The notes under the pieces are model-generated. The model did not search any database. It saw only the letters and a list, made by a program, of their open reading frames with translations, and was not told the DNA's origin. The position numbers and the translations under genes were made by a program. From NCBI RefSeq assembly GCF_000315625.1, contig NW_005434609.1, positions 241,602 to 305,601 of the forward strand: DNA of 64,000 nt, read 5' to 3'. This DNA is from Guillardia theta CCMP2712. Lineage: Eukaryota; Protista; Cryptophyta. Positions 40,717-53,979 of the stretch are shown in pieces. Every line of letters begins with the position of its first letter. Position 1 is the stretch's first letter.

Positions 40717-40956
40717 TCACACAGTCCAACCCCTCGCACATTCAATCGTTGACCCGTCCAAGTTTCCTCCCCTTCGCTCTCGCTCTTCGCAGATGTACCG
40801 CATGGAGTTTGCCAGGCAAACCAGCGCTCGTTGCTTCCAAGCAGGCAATCTCTGAAAGAGGTCTTTATCTGTGTCCAAGATGGAGGCGCTATCGTTGGGG
40901 GAGCCGGGAGAGGATCTGTCCGAGCCTGAGTAAGGAGTTGGGGATGGGGTGCGCAT
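40717..40956 (-). CDS. Small protein with villin-headpiece-like motif
   Basis: ILDTDKDLFQRLPAWKQRAL; aligns over about 50 aa with the 39494 ORF. Confidence 0.45.
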   Translation of the reverse strand: MRTPSPTPYSGSDRSSPGSPNDSASILDTDKDLFQRLPAWKQRALVCLANSMRYICEERERRGGNLDGSTIECARGWTV

Positions 40957-40978
40957 TGATTCTTTAAGATGATTAGGG

Positions 40979-41095
40979 GGAGCAAGAGTGAGGGCGAGGA
41001 GGAGCAAGAGTGAGGGCGAGGAGGAGCAAGAGTGAGGGCGAGGAGGAGCAAGAGTCAGGGCGAGGAGGAGCAAGAGTGAGGGCGAGGAGGAGCAA
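40979..41095. repeat. 22-bp minisatellite, 5 copies
   Basis: GGAGCAAGAGTGAGGGCGAGGA tandem array. Confidence 0.9.
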
Positions 41096-41942
41096 AGAGT
41101 CAAAAGGATTTCTAGGTGATAACAGTGGGCGGGTGGAGCTGTAGAGACAGGCAGAGGGAGAACAAGAAGGGCATATGTAACCATCCATTCCTTTGACTTC
41201 TTTGCTAAAACTTCTTAGCTCGGGGTTCAAATTGAAAAGAACTCCTTTTGAATCTTGTGTTTTTACAACATATCCTCCTTAGCTCCGAGAGGTCGCTGGG
41301 TGCACGGGTCCTTTTGATAGCTCAAACAGGGTACTGTATTTGCACCCCCGTGCAATCAGATGCTGAGACTTCTTTACTACAGGATCTGTCAACCTAACGT
41401 AAAGCCGATGACGAACTGGATGACGCATATCTACTGTCTAGCTGGTTATTCGGCGCTGCCCGCAACGTATTTGGAAATCTACTAGGCTACCCCCCCCCCT
41501 TGATACCATTGAAATACCGTAGTACTACTTGAACCCGTGGAGTGGGAACATGGGATCAGTTCTCGCAGTGGCTGGTCAAACTTTTGCCTCTGTCACGGCG
41601 TAGGTTGCACCTAAAGCCGAGGGAGTTGCGAAGTCCATGCAGGTGCCGAGATGCTGGCTGACCCGCCTCGGAGTTTTTACGACGGTGGGTCATAAGCGGC
41701 AAGAAGTCAACGGCAGCAGACTCCGGGGCGAAAAGCAACGCTTCACAGAGTCAAGATCCGCAGGCTTCAGCGGTGGCACGGCGGGAACTTGCGGCCGGTT
41801 TTTGGCCGCAATCAAGTTTTACAGCGGCCAGCCTCGGAGAAAGGCCCCGCCGGGCCCGGACTTCCTATCATTCAGGCCGCCCGGCCGGCTGACGGATGGC
41901 ACGCCCGGCCACTGGCAGTGGACTCTGAAGATCACTGAGGCT

Positions 41943-44044
41943 TTAATCTGCTACTTCCACAGGTTTAGTCTCTACCTTGCTGCCCTCGACCCTACTCCTC
42001 TCGTTTGCCTCCTCCTCCTTCGTTTCCCACCTCTCTGCAACAGCCTGTGACGCTGCGACTATCGGCTGGAGTTTGACGTCTCGATCCTGGAAGTCGGCAA
42101 GCAGCCCGTACTTGTAGTTGTCTTCACCCTGCGGCTTGCTGACTTCCTCCTTGGAGTACGGGATCCCAAGATCTTGCAAGGCGGGATCGTCGTTTGCCTC
42201 GGATGCTGCTACCACGCTGTCACCCAGCTCCAAGGGAACATTGGGATCCGGTTCCTTGGCCTCCACCACCTTCGTAGGAGGGATCGTGATCAACCTGTCC
42301 CTCTCTAAAGGATCCCCGACAGCCTCGGGCTTCCTCAGCATGTCGTTGAGCCAGCCACCAGCGTCGAACTCTGCCCCTGTGTGATCAGCAGGGTGCACCT
42401 TGACCGTGACCTGGGGGATCTCCTCGTTGACATCGTCCGCAAACCCCTCAAAGTTCCTCTCCCCCACCTGCTCCCTCGTCAGCGGCTCCACTCTTTCAAC
42501 GGTCTGCTGACTCACGTAGCTCAAGTTCATCTCCACTGGCGGGCCTTGCTGAACCTCCACTGCGACAGCCATCCTGTTCAGCATCCTTCCACCATGGCAC
42601 GACTCCCAAGCTCACCATCGTCGTCATGGACCTGACCGGACAGCGGTGTATCCTTGGTCGAGTTGACTCGCCTCGTCACATCCTGCAGCCAACCTTCTTT
42701 CAGATTTTCGTCAGCCACACGCACTGCCTTGCTGACCTTGAACTCTCCTCCAGGGTAGTAGTCCGGATCGCGCTGTTAGGGAGGAGTCAGAGGAGGAGAG
42801 AAAGTCGCAACGGGCGGTAGGAGCCGTGAGTGGAAGGAAAACTTTTTCACCTCAGACAAGGGAAGTGGGGCTGCTTTCTTGGTCTTGATGACCACATCCT
42901 ACCAAGAACCTAGTTAGCTATCGATCTGCTTCCTGCCTCGCTCCTCGCCTTGTCATCATCGAACACGATCTCTGGCTGTCCTAGGAACTTATGAGGCCCA
43001 CTCTGAGCCTCCTCTTTCACCTATCGAGACAAGTCAGGATGGTTCGAGATAGCCAAGTTTCATGGAGACCGGGCGAGCGTTTGGTACCCATGTGTCCGGC
43101 AAGTAATGATCCACAGTGCGTACAAGATGGTATGTCAAAGGTGTGCGAAACACCTGATAGCACGCCAACTGTCAACTCACAGAACATCGATCGTGGTTCA
43201 GTTCGACCTGACTGAAAACAGACTCCTTCGACCGATCCTCATTGTAGTCGTCAGCACTAACGGCAGAGAAAGTTTCGTTGGTCTGATTGACACTCAGATA
43301 TTCAGGAGGAATGTCGTCCAGGATCTGTTGGGACTTGGGGAACTTAAGTCCCATCCGCTTGGTAGCTGCAAGGATCGAGTGATGAGATTTGATAGTAGAT
43401 AGTGCAACGGCGTGCGGCGACTTCATATCTTGACTCAAACGTTTCCATAGATCTCTCTTTGCCATTGTAGGCGTTTTCTCCTTGAGCGCTCGGACCTGCT
43501 TCTGAGCTTGCGCGAGATGGGCGCCGATGGTGCCTTTCTCGGGCAACGCACTGCGCTTGCTGGCGAGCAAGGACGGCTGAGTATGTCAAAGTCAGCAAAA
43601 TCTACTCGCGAGATAACAACAAGGAAGGATATACGAGTCCCTGCGCCACTGACCTGCTCTCTGGATCTGTGGCCTGAGGCTAGCAGTACTACCGCTGCCA
43701 GTAACGTCATACACCCGGTGAACATCAGGAGCTTCCCTCGAGTTCCGGCTCGGCCGTCCTTGTGCTGCAGGAAAAATGGCATCAGGCATGCATGGCATGT
43801 TGGGACGCGTCATGAGCATCGGAGCGGCCATGCAGCATCATCGTACAACGATTCTTTGACACTTGATCCGCGGGCAGGTCAGAAGAAAAACAAACAAGAG
43901 GAAGGAGCACAGGAGGGTCACGAGCAACACATGGAAGTCGCTTACCCTGACGTCATAGACTGTGAAGGTCGTCGTCCTGCCTCCCCCTCCCCCTCCCCCT
44001 CCCTCCGTTGACCCTCCGGGCTCGTCGCCCAAGGTCTCCACCAT
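41943..44044 (-). CDS. Signal-anchored hypothetical protein with acidic C-terminal region
   Basis: TM LLMFTGCMTLLAAVVLLASG followed by exons around 43172-43578 and 41943-42630. 5' end uncertain. Confidence 0.55.
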
Positions 44045-44375
44045 GAACCGCCGGAAATAGCGAACCCGTTACATCACGCAACGGCGGAATGTCAAACTGC
44101 AGCCTGTGCAAGGCCCGGACCCGCGCCGGAGTCAGTGGCCGGGCTGCTCAGCTGCCAGGGGCCCGGCGCACTGGCAGCCCGGTTCGACCGCGGACGAACA
44201 CGGCCGGGGGTCGAGCTCGCCGGGACCGTGATGGGGCTCCAGACAGTGAGAATGAACGGCAAGGTACGGTCCTCGCAAAGTTTTCACCGATAGCAGGTGT
44301 CATGATGCTGGCAAGTTGAAGTTCATCAAAGTTTTACTAAACCACATCGCTTGCGGCGACAAGGCTCAGCACCTT

Positions 44376-46753
44376 TTAAGGTGCCTTGTAGTACTGGGTA
44401 GGAACGAAGGGCATCTTGACCACAGTTCCAGGGTTGGACTTGCCGCGCACTGTAACAACGACCTGCAAGGAAATTCAGTGAAGGCAAGATCCTTGGGAAC
44501 ATCTAGAAGAAGCATGAAGGAGCGAAGAAGGGATAGCCACCTCGGTCCCCGTCTTGTTGTGTGGTCTGTTGATGTATCCCTGCCTTGATGTCAGGATGGA
44601 GATTGCGCTGGAGGCGGCCAGTCTTCGTAACAAGCTTACCATGGCGATGTTCTGCTTCAAGATGGGCGAGACTGCACCTGAGGTGACCTAGAAAGAGGGA
44701 GTGAGTGGAAGCACACTCTGCCTAATCGTCCTCTACACCTTGCCAACAACTTCCCCCGATGGGAGGGAGATCTCTGCCCCCTCTCTTGCAGGAGCCCCAG
44801 TAGACATGATGCCGACGCGCATCTGCAACGAAGTTAAGAAAAGGTTTACGAGGCTACGAGGAGAGGACGGCAGCACCTTGGGTACAGACTTGGGACCCTC
44901 TGCCACCTGCGCAAATGTGTCACGACAGAGGTTTTCTGACGGTCAAAAGGAGGGGTCCTGCCTGCTTGAGGATAGTATCCGAGCCTGTGAAGGGACGGGC
45001 CCCAGGCTCACGACGCCCCTTCCCTACAGTCCACGACAATCCTGGCGCAGCAGCTGAGTGGAGGAGAGGGGCAAACGTGGCAACGAGTCTCACCTGCCAT
45101 GGTTGGGGTAGTGGTGTCATCAATATCATGCCCGTACAGGCAGAGGCCAGCCTCCAGTCCTACAAGGGGTTAAGTGACCAGACCCAGGGTGGGTGAAGGA
45201 GAAGACTCACTCAGCGTGTCACGAGCTCCCAACCCTGTGAAGAAACGTCGTCAGACTCAAGCTGTCGGCTTACAAATTGTCACCAGCTGGATGCACTTCA
45301 GGCTGATCGATGAGTTTTCGCCACAGCTTCACAGCGTTTTCCCCTGGAACCTGCATGCGTATTGCCAGGTCAATGAAGAGGTGGTGACCATCGGGGAGAC
45401 TAGCTCACGAAAATCTCGAAGCCGTCTTCTCCAGTGTATCCGCATCTGGCAACAAAGATTTGCATACCCTTGAAGGACAGTGTCAACTTTTTCCGGGTTG
45501 TGATGAAACAAGGGACAGGGAACTTACGTCCATCACCATGTTCTGAGCATCGCCGAAGTTCATGTACTTGAAGTCGTAAACAGGAATGAGCCTCTGCATG
45601 ACCTATGACGATGATTTCCAATCAGCTCACAAAGACCGTGTAAACCTCCACTTCATCGTTCTTGTTGCCTCAGACTCTCTTCTTCTATCTTTGCATGGCT
45701 CCACCCATCACCACATCCTCTTACCTTGACAGCCTCTGGTCCTTGCAGGGCGTAAAGTCCTCTGTCCTCCCACTGGACCTCCATCGATACGTCTCCGCCG
45801 AACTTCCCTGTATCACAAGTCAAGACGACAGCAAGCATGAGTTTGTAGATGAACCGAGTTTCTGCTTGAAGAATTCCAGATCCTTCACGGCGCATCCAGC
45901 ATTGATGACCTGGGCACAAGATCACCTGACTACTCGTCGAGGTCGACATAGTAATCCACCTGGTAGATGTGATCGCCCTTCTCGTCCGATGTCTTGGTGA
46001 TCATGGTGTCATCGATGATTCCTCCCTGCAGGTCAGGGGAAAGTTACAAGATCCCTCAGATTCAAGGAGAGGAGAAGAGAGCGGAAGGAGGCAGACAGAA
46101 AGAAGGGCCGGGAAAGGAAAATCGAGTCCAGGAGGATAGAGATCACAAGAACGGAATAAAGGCAACGTGTAGTGGATACGTTTTCGTTTGGGATCACAGA
46201 GAGGGTTCCCTTGCCCATGGCAAGATTCTCAATGTCAGCAACCTGTATGAAGCATCAGCTCAGATCAATCTTCATAACCGAAGGTAACTGAAAGGATCAG
46301 GATCCTACCGTCACGCTCTCCAAAAAGGCGATCGCATCCTTTCCACGCCAGCGGAGACTGTTCGCTGCATATCAACGAAGGCAGGGAGCTCATCATGAGA
46401 GGTCACCTGCACATGTGCGAAACATCGAACAGTCCTGTCTTGGTACGAACCTAGGGTTTCTGTCAGGGTGTGATAGCAGCGTCATTGACGAGGATCTACA
46501 TGTTTGACTGAGTTGATAATGCTGTCTGCCTTGGGATGGTCCTTGTACTGCACAGGCATGGCCCAGTCGGCGAAGTCAACCTAGAATTTCTTTCAGCGTG
46601 TTCGGTATGCCATCTGATAATGTAATAGACCATCTGCCCTCCCAGCTTGATGTGTTCATCATAAATCAGAGTCTTCTTGAGGTTAGAAGTAGAAGCAAAT
46701 CGAATGCCCACGGTTCTTGCAGTCCTGAACGTGTTGGTAGCAAAGCCAAGCAT
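44376..46753 (-). CDS. GCVT: Glycine cleavage system T protein (aminomethyltransferase), mitochondrial
   Basis: Presequence MLGFATNTFRTARTVGIRFAS; VDFADWAMPVQY, GLFDVSHM, GGIIDD, ARCGYTGEDGFEI, GLGARDTL, RLEAGLCLYGHDID, KMPFVPTQYYKAP. Many short introns. Confidence 0.96.
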
Positions 46754-47759
46754 CTTGAAAAACAGATCATGTCAGCACGACTTCCCTGAGCGCTCAAGAC
46801 ATTTGATGCCATCTGATAATGCATTCTCTTGCGACTCATTTCCTCTCTTCACTCTGACTCCTCGCTCACTGTACGAAGACCAATATTTTCGAACATAAGC
46901 CTGCCACTCGGTACTAGTTTCCCGTCCTGTCCCGTAGGATCTCGTCCTATCCTGAACATCTATTTGCTCCCGCCTTCTATCTCCTCGCTTCCTCACCATC
47001 GCCAACCATACGTAACGAGCTCACCTTGCTCCTGACAACCAGCATGGTTGCTGCGGATCAACTACCCCCACCCCGTTACATCCTCCAAGTACCCCACTTC
47101 GGAGTTTGCAAATTTTGACTACCCCATCAATCCTAACAACAGGACCCTACCTACTTCGATTCAATTCTGGCCGTATATACCCCTACCTCCTCGACTCTCA
47201 AATTCAATCTACATGTGTACCCGCTACTTTTGAAAGAATTCTAACCCACCCCTCTACTTCATGTCACTGATATTGGTACCCCACTGTTTAAATGATCGAA
47301 GAAGGCAACTACCCCACTTTTCTTCACCCCCACCCTCATCTTATTATGATCCACCCCTAAATCCTCTAATGAGACCTTTTCACCTATGTACCCACCCACC
47401 CTCCGACATGCGATTGTGGAAGTACCCTACCCCTCAAATTATACCAGGTGCACAAACAATTATACCGGGTTATGTACCCCCTTCTCTAGGTCACTTCATG
47501 TCATCACCACCAAACTCTCATCTTACTACCCACCTTCTCCCCAATTTGCAGGTTCGAATTTACACCCTACCCTACAATTACTTCATTTGTCTCACAACTA
47601 CCCCCATTCTGACTGTGTTTGTCTTTCACTACCCCTATTTTCAATCACCCCACCCCCTTTCACATGTGCCAACTATCCCTTCACCTTGCGCTGTAAAACA
47701 CCTGGCCAACCACCCCACCACTGCTTTGACGGTGTAAGAAACTTGAGTACCTACCCGGA

Positions 47760-48350
47760 AAAAGATAAAAGTACCGGTCTTCAGACCACCCTACCTTCTA
47801 AGGAACGTTTATGAGTCCAACATTACTGACGGTAGTACCAGAGACAAGGAAAATCAGTTTGTGTGACTCATAACCTGTCTACACCCGGGCGGGCCAACTG
47901 GCGACTTTCAGTAAAAGGCGACTCAGTGAAGTGGCGGCAGCGGCGGGCCGTCGGAGTCGGACCCGGGCACAGCGGCACACGCAGCTGAGCGAGTCCACCC
48001 GCGGCGTGCGACGGAGGCTGCCACTGAGTGGCACCGGTACTACTGGTAAAACCGTGACTTCAGAAGTTCCAAAGTTGAGCCTCAGTCACTAGGCGCCGAG
48101 GCGCCGGACAGTACCGTCGTCCGCCGGGGGTGGGCGGCGGACGGATCGGACCGCGGCCCCGGCCCTCTCTGGCTGACCGTACAGAGTCAGCCGGGGGCCG
48201 GCCGGCCCCGGGGGGAGTCACCGGGGGGCCCAGCCTAAGCCGGTTCCCGGGCCCGTCTGTCTCCCGATCCGAGCCACGGAACTCGCGTCTCCCCCGCTCA
48301 ATTATTCCTTCCACACACAGTTACTACTCAGCGGCTCTCGCTCCCGCCGT
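47760..48350. promoter_or_regulatory. CCGG/palindrome-rich island upstream of GCVT, preceded by ACCCC-rich tract 47060-47800
   Basis: Composition shift seen directly. Confidence 0.45.
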
Positions 48351-48508
48351 TTGGGATCTTGCCTTGCTAACGGCATGATCCTGCCTGCGTTGCCCGGGGC
48401 GCTGGCACTTGAAGGTTCAGACTGCTTGCCGTGGTTTGAATCTCTACTGTGCCTTGCCAGCAGAGTAATTTAGTGTGCAATTCAGCCATCATCTTTGTTG
48501 CACTGGTT

Positions 48509-49100
48509 TCATTTCTCAATCTGAGAATGATTCCAGCCATCCCACATGCCCGTCTCTGCGTCGCATTGGATGTCAACCCGTTGGAGCTCCTGCTCAACCT
48601 GGGGATCCCAGCTGGCGATAGCTCTCTGTATATTTCGAATAACTTTTGCTCTACTTGTTTGGTCGCTTGCACAGATCATTTGAATCTCACTTCGAGAGAA
48701 CTTTCCTGATGGCACAGGGGAGGAGGATTGCACTGAGTACAACCTCTCTGCTGCCGTTGTATTGGCAGCCTGTTGCAAAGCATTCTTTGCATTTCACTGA
48801 TGTTGTATAGCAGTTGCTTCCATTCGAAGTGAAAACCATTTCAGTATTTTGTCATTCTCTGAGACCCAGTCAGTCAGTCAGTCAGTCAGTCAGTCAGTCA
48901 GTCAGTCAGTCAGTCAGTCAGTCAGTCAGTCAGTCAGTCAGTCAGTCTGTCTGTCTGTCTCCGAGGCTCTGAATCTGAGCCACACAGACACACTGGAAAA
49001 GACACAACTATACCACAGTTACAGAAGTTCTCACCTTGAAGCAAGAATGTATTCTTGCTAGACTGAGATCCTGGATCGTTCCATGGTATTGAAACATGTT
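48509..49100 (-). CDS. Possible small hypothetical protein
   Basis: ORF 48509-48778 can splice in phase 0 to a donor near 49033; the intron would contain (CAGT)n. Confidence 0.3.
48868..48960. repeat. (CAGT)n/(CTGT)n microsatellite
   Basis: Direct read. Confidence 0.95.
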
Positions 49101-49700
49101 CCCCCCAATAATCACGAGCCGGATCCTCACAGTGTCATGTACGAGCTTGTGGTGTTGAAGCTTGCATAACTTGCCTTGTGAAGTATTTCACCATCCTAGT
49201 TGCCAGCTAACTGATACACCGGGAACCCTGAAAGCCATCGGCGGTGTGAGGATGAGGATGGGATCGAGGAAAAAGATAGAGATTTAGAAATTCAGGTATA
49301 CATCGCAGATTTTTTCAAGTACAAGCAAAGATGACCTCAGTGTTGGACTTGCTTGCCATCCCCGCCTCCTCCTCCACACCAGCTTCTCTGCTACCTTCCC
49401 TTCTCCGCATTTCCGAATCCCCCGGCCCACAAACTCTTTCCTGCGCCTTCCCCCTACGACCCCTCCACCGTACTGCTTCTATACCCCACCCCCTCGCTCC
49501 CCGCCCCCGCTCCTGCAGCTCCCCCCAGAGCTCCCCCTGGCAGCTCCTGCTAACACCCCCAGCCTCTTCTGCTCTTACTCCTCCTATCTCAGATGCATCC
49601 CATGCTGTCATGACCGATGAGCGTACCTGACGCTCCAGCGAGGGAGGAGGCGACATCTGCGCTAGAGTGCGAGCCGTCGCAAGCAGAGGAAGTCGAGGGG

Positions 49701-52700
49701 ATGCAGGGGGAGCAGGAGGCAGAAGCTCTCCGGTCTGAGAGCTTCACAGACGACAGGAGGTGAGGGGAGGCAGCAGCTTGAGCTGGTAAAGTTGCGCCAT
49801 GTTCTTTGACGATGCATGTCTGCCAGTTCCCTCCTCCTCAACCCGAAGAAGAGAAGAAACGTCCGACTGCCTCCTCAGCAAGATATCAGCCGCTCCTCCT
49901 GCTCTGGCTTCTTCAGATCTTCCCTCTCCTTCCTTCGGAATTCAGGCACGTTCGTTTCTGTGCATTGACCCGCCATGGTGTAACGAGTTCCGCAGTGTCT
50001 GACCAATGGTCCCTGACGCTCGTGCTGCTTCGCCACAAATGTCTGCGGTAAGTGTTTTGAAAGCAGAAGAACCAAAGGAAGGCACATAGGGAGCAGAGGG
50101 AGAGGAGGAGGAGGGGAGGGGGGGGGGGGGGAGGGAGGAGGGAGGGAGGGNNNNNNNNNNNNNNNNNNNNNNNNNNNNNNNNNNNNNNNNNNNNNNNNNN
50201 NNNNNNNNNNNNNNNNNNNNNNNNNNNNNNNNNNNNNNNNNNNNNNNNNNCGGAGAATGAATCTGAGAGGGGGGGATTTATGTTCGATAGTTTACAAGAT
50301 TAGCACATGAGGGCCCAGAAGACGAGGTTGGATTGCAAGGACCGCCGAGGAACTCGGTGACGGGAATGTAACTTGTTCCACAATCATATCGCTAAAACCA
50401 TCGCCATACACCCCGCTGACCAATCCTCCTCCTTTCCTCTCTCCCTCACCTTTGGTCGCCAGGCAGCACCCAGGGAGTTCCGTCCGCGTCTCGAGGGTAG
50501 TACCCCTCCCATCCCCAGTCTCGTACGCTCCAGTGTAGAGATCGTGATAGAAGCTCTTAAGGAGGAGGGGGAGGGGGAGGAGGAGAGGCAGGAGGAGCAG
50601 AAGGTGGTTGTGGACATGGACATGGACGTGGTGGTAGCTGCAAGGCTGCGAAAGAAGAGAGGAGGTAAAACATGGGCTGATGGGGGTCCAGGCACTTGAC
50701 TGTTGTCGTGTGGCTGGTGACGATCGGGGGGAACCTGCAGAAGCCAGTGATCAGCTTCTTCTACCTGAAGGTGAGAGGGGGGAAGGTGAAAGTTCAGTCC
50801 CGTCCTGCTCCTGACTGGTGGGCTTGTCAGTTGTCGATGTCAGCGATTGAGATAGGAAGGGTCGGCTTTATCGTCATGCTGGTCGTCCTGCTAGGCAGTC
50901 CAGTCTATGGCTATCTCATGGATCGCCGGAGCGCGTTCTTGGTGAGGGGTAGGGGTAGCTGGCAGGGGGGACAATGATGGTGCAGGAAGGAGGGTGGCCA
51001 TGGTGGTGGATGGAAAGAATGGAGAGACGGTGGAGGAGAAGATTTTTCAAGGAGATGGCTCAGAATGAGGGGAGGGAGGGAAGCAAAGGAGGGATCAGTG
51101 GGAGGAGCGAGAATAGAGCGGGAAAGAAGGAGGGAGGTAACTCATGCAATGTTCAAGGCCGTTCTACTCTCACTCTCCATGTGCGGAGTCGGATGCTTTC
51201 TCCGCGGTATCGCGACCGATGTCAACATGGTCTACCTTGCAGCATTCATCCTTGGTATCCTCCCTTGCCACACCCATCCCACCCCCCCCCTCCTCCCTCA
51301 CCTCTCTTCTGCTCCCTCTGCTCCCTCTGCTCTGACTGCTCCATCTCCTTTCCTCTGCTCCTCTGCTCTCTCTCCTGTCTTTTCCTTCCTCTCCTTCCTT
51401 CCCTCCTTTTCATCCTTGCCCAACCTCCTTCCTCTGCCCTCTTCATCCTCGAGCAATCGGCTCAGGCCCTCACAGGCCTTGGCTCCTATTCCTTCGAGAC
51501 CATGGCGCTAGCAGCGCTCTCAAGGTTTGCGTCTGCAGATTTCAGGTAAATTGTGCGATTTTGTTGTTGAGAAGGGTCGAGGGGTGGGAAGTGTGAGGAA
51601 ATGCGGTTGAAGAGGAAGGAGAGGAGAGAGGAGAGGCGATTGATTCTCATGGATTGAGATGCGAGCAGGTTTCTTATTGTCAGCGGCTTTTTGCTACAGA
51701 TCAAGTTGATTGCAATAGGTCGACTTTCCCCTGCTCCTCCCTGTCTCTGTTCCGAATTTCTATCCATCGTTGCTAATGTTCGTTCTTCTTGATCCATCCC
51801 TTTATATCACTTGGCCTGTTCTGGGCTAACGACGACGATGTTGAGTGCAGTCACCCGACTGATTTATCCTGCTTGGACTTACTTCGTCGAGAACGCCATG
51901 AAGATATCTGATGCCATGACAAGGCAGACCTTTCTTATCATTGAGAGGTTGAGACTCATGACATGCCGATAGATATCGTATTGCCATGGGATTGTGCATT
52001 GCTCCTTGTCTTGTTGGCTTTCTTTGGCTGCTCGGCCAGCGCGAGGTTGCTTACGTTGAAGCTTACATTTGTGATATGACTGCAAATGGAAGAAATTCGT
52101 GTCTTTGGAGCGAGAGATGGGGAAGATGGAGCAGAGCAGCAACGAAGAAGCTTCAGAAGAAGGTTGATCACTGTCATGATAACACCACCTGCACCACATC
52201 TACTCTGAACTTCCTGCAGATCCTCCGAACCCTCAGGAGCAAAGGAATTCTTTCATGGATATCTTCGACACGAAGAGACCGTCCGAGCGGGACTGGTCAC
52301 GATTTTTCCTCCTCTCCTGCATCCTCCTCTTCAACTCCTTCACGTCAACGACACTCCTAGTACGGAAGCGATGCTGCTTTACCGACTAGTCCCCTGACTT
52401 GTGCAAGACTTTGTGGCCTTTGTTTGTCAACTTCCACTTCAAGTGGGACGACAACCAATACTCTTTCATGCTCCTCCTGTCAAGCCTGGTAGGGCTGAAT
52501 GAACGGCAAGCAGTTGTTGATGCTGATACCTCAAGGTCTCTGCCGTCTGTCTTCTTCTCGGGCCCAAATTTGAAGAATCTTTCGGAAGCCTTCGTAAGAT
52601 TGTTCCTGGAAACATTCGCTCTGGTTCACTGACAATATCTTCCAAGAAACTCGAATGGTCGTGAGTGTACTGGGGGGATTCTTGTCGATTATTTCATTCA

Positions 52701-53884
52701 GCATGCAACAGAACACAACACAATCGGTAAGACACTTCCCCTTGCTTTCTGATCATTTCAGCATGTTGATTACGATCTCACTGCTTTCAGATCACGATCC
52801 ATGTCATTTCAACTATTTTGCTCATTGGCTGCTGTACATTTCTCGACGCAGCGATACAGGTAATGCTACTCTCATGCCCTTGTTCTCAGTGTCTCTTGCT
52901 TGCCTGCCCATCCCCTATTTCTCTTTGACTTGTCCTACCTCGCCTTGGTGTTTCTTCTTCGATCCCTCCCTCCCCTCGCTTGTAGTCCTCACATAGTCCA
53001 AGTCCCCCTGATAAATGGACGATTGATGGACAGACTTGGATTATGGACTATAGACGATTGAAAACTGTTTAGTTTCACTTTGCTGTTCGACCCTCTTGCT
53101 CCATCCCCTCATTTTCTCCCCTCATCTTCGCTCCTCCTCCTGAGCTCCCTCTGTAGTGTCTCACCATCACTTGCGCAGTCTGCTGCGTCTCTCTGTCTCG
53201 GCATCTCCCTGCATGGCCGTCAGTTCGGCATCCTTGCAACCTTCAACGGGATGGGCAATATCCTTGCCAACCTCCTCAGCGCCTTCCTCTACCAAGCGAG
53301 CTTGGACTCCGAGTTCGGTGAGAACATGGAACAGATTCTTCTCTCTCTCCCCTCCCCCCTCCTTTCCTCTCCGCTCTCGTCCTGTCTTGCTGTGCATCTG
53401 TGTATCACATGGCTGCTGGTGTTGTGGGACTTTGTCGTCTTTTCCTTGTGCTTGAGCTCCATTCTATCATCTCATGTTATTCTCTATTGCTAGATCCTTT
53501 TCCCATCCCGCTTCCTCCCTCCTCTTCCTCCTCTCTTCCTCCTCTTGCAACATCTCAATCTCGCTCTTTCTCTCGCTCTTTTGGTCTCGCTCTACCTGTC
53601 TTCACAGCTTTGTCATTAGGGTTCGGAGCTGGAGGGGCCCTCCCTCTCTTCATCGCTGGCATGCTGATGCTTGCTAACGTTGTCCTGCTGGTCCTTGCTG
53701 AGATGCTCAAGTCTCCGACTGCTGGTGAACCTTCTTGCCTTCACCCTGTGTACTCATGTGGGCTGACTCAGGAGATGCTGTCGTATCAGAGCAAGGGGAC
53801 CAGAGGCGTGTGGGTAACAGGGAGAAAGGCATCGTGTTCCTGCGTGTTGAGGAGAGGACAAGGTCGGCAGATCAAGGGTTGTGA
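49701..53884 (+). CDS. Major facilitator superfamily transporter (DHA1/TetA-like)
   Basis: Multiple TM exons: GSPVYGYLMDRRSAF (motif A-like), GCFLRGIATDVNMVYLAAFILG, HGRQFGILATFNGMGNILANLLSAFLY, GGALPLFIAG. Spans an N gap. Confidence 0.8.
50151..50250. other. Assembly gap (100 N)
   Basis: Run of n. Confidence 1.
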
Positions 53885-53979
53885 AGTTGCAGAAGCAAGG
53901 GAGTGATCGTGTTGTATTGTACCAACGATCAACTTGTGTAACATGACAAACCGCGAGCTTTTTTGGAGAGGCTCGTTAA

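Noticed and set aside
41540-41820. Possible structured ncRNA (RNase P/MRP/SRP) ending in T5
   Set aside because: No conserved boxes could be matched; needs an Infernal search.
52993-53052. Short inverted repeat in an MFS intron (possible MITE)
   Set aside because: Only 12 bp with a mismatch, no TSD, single copy.
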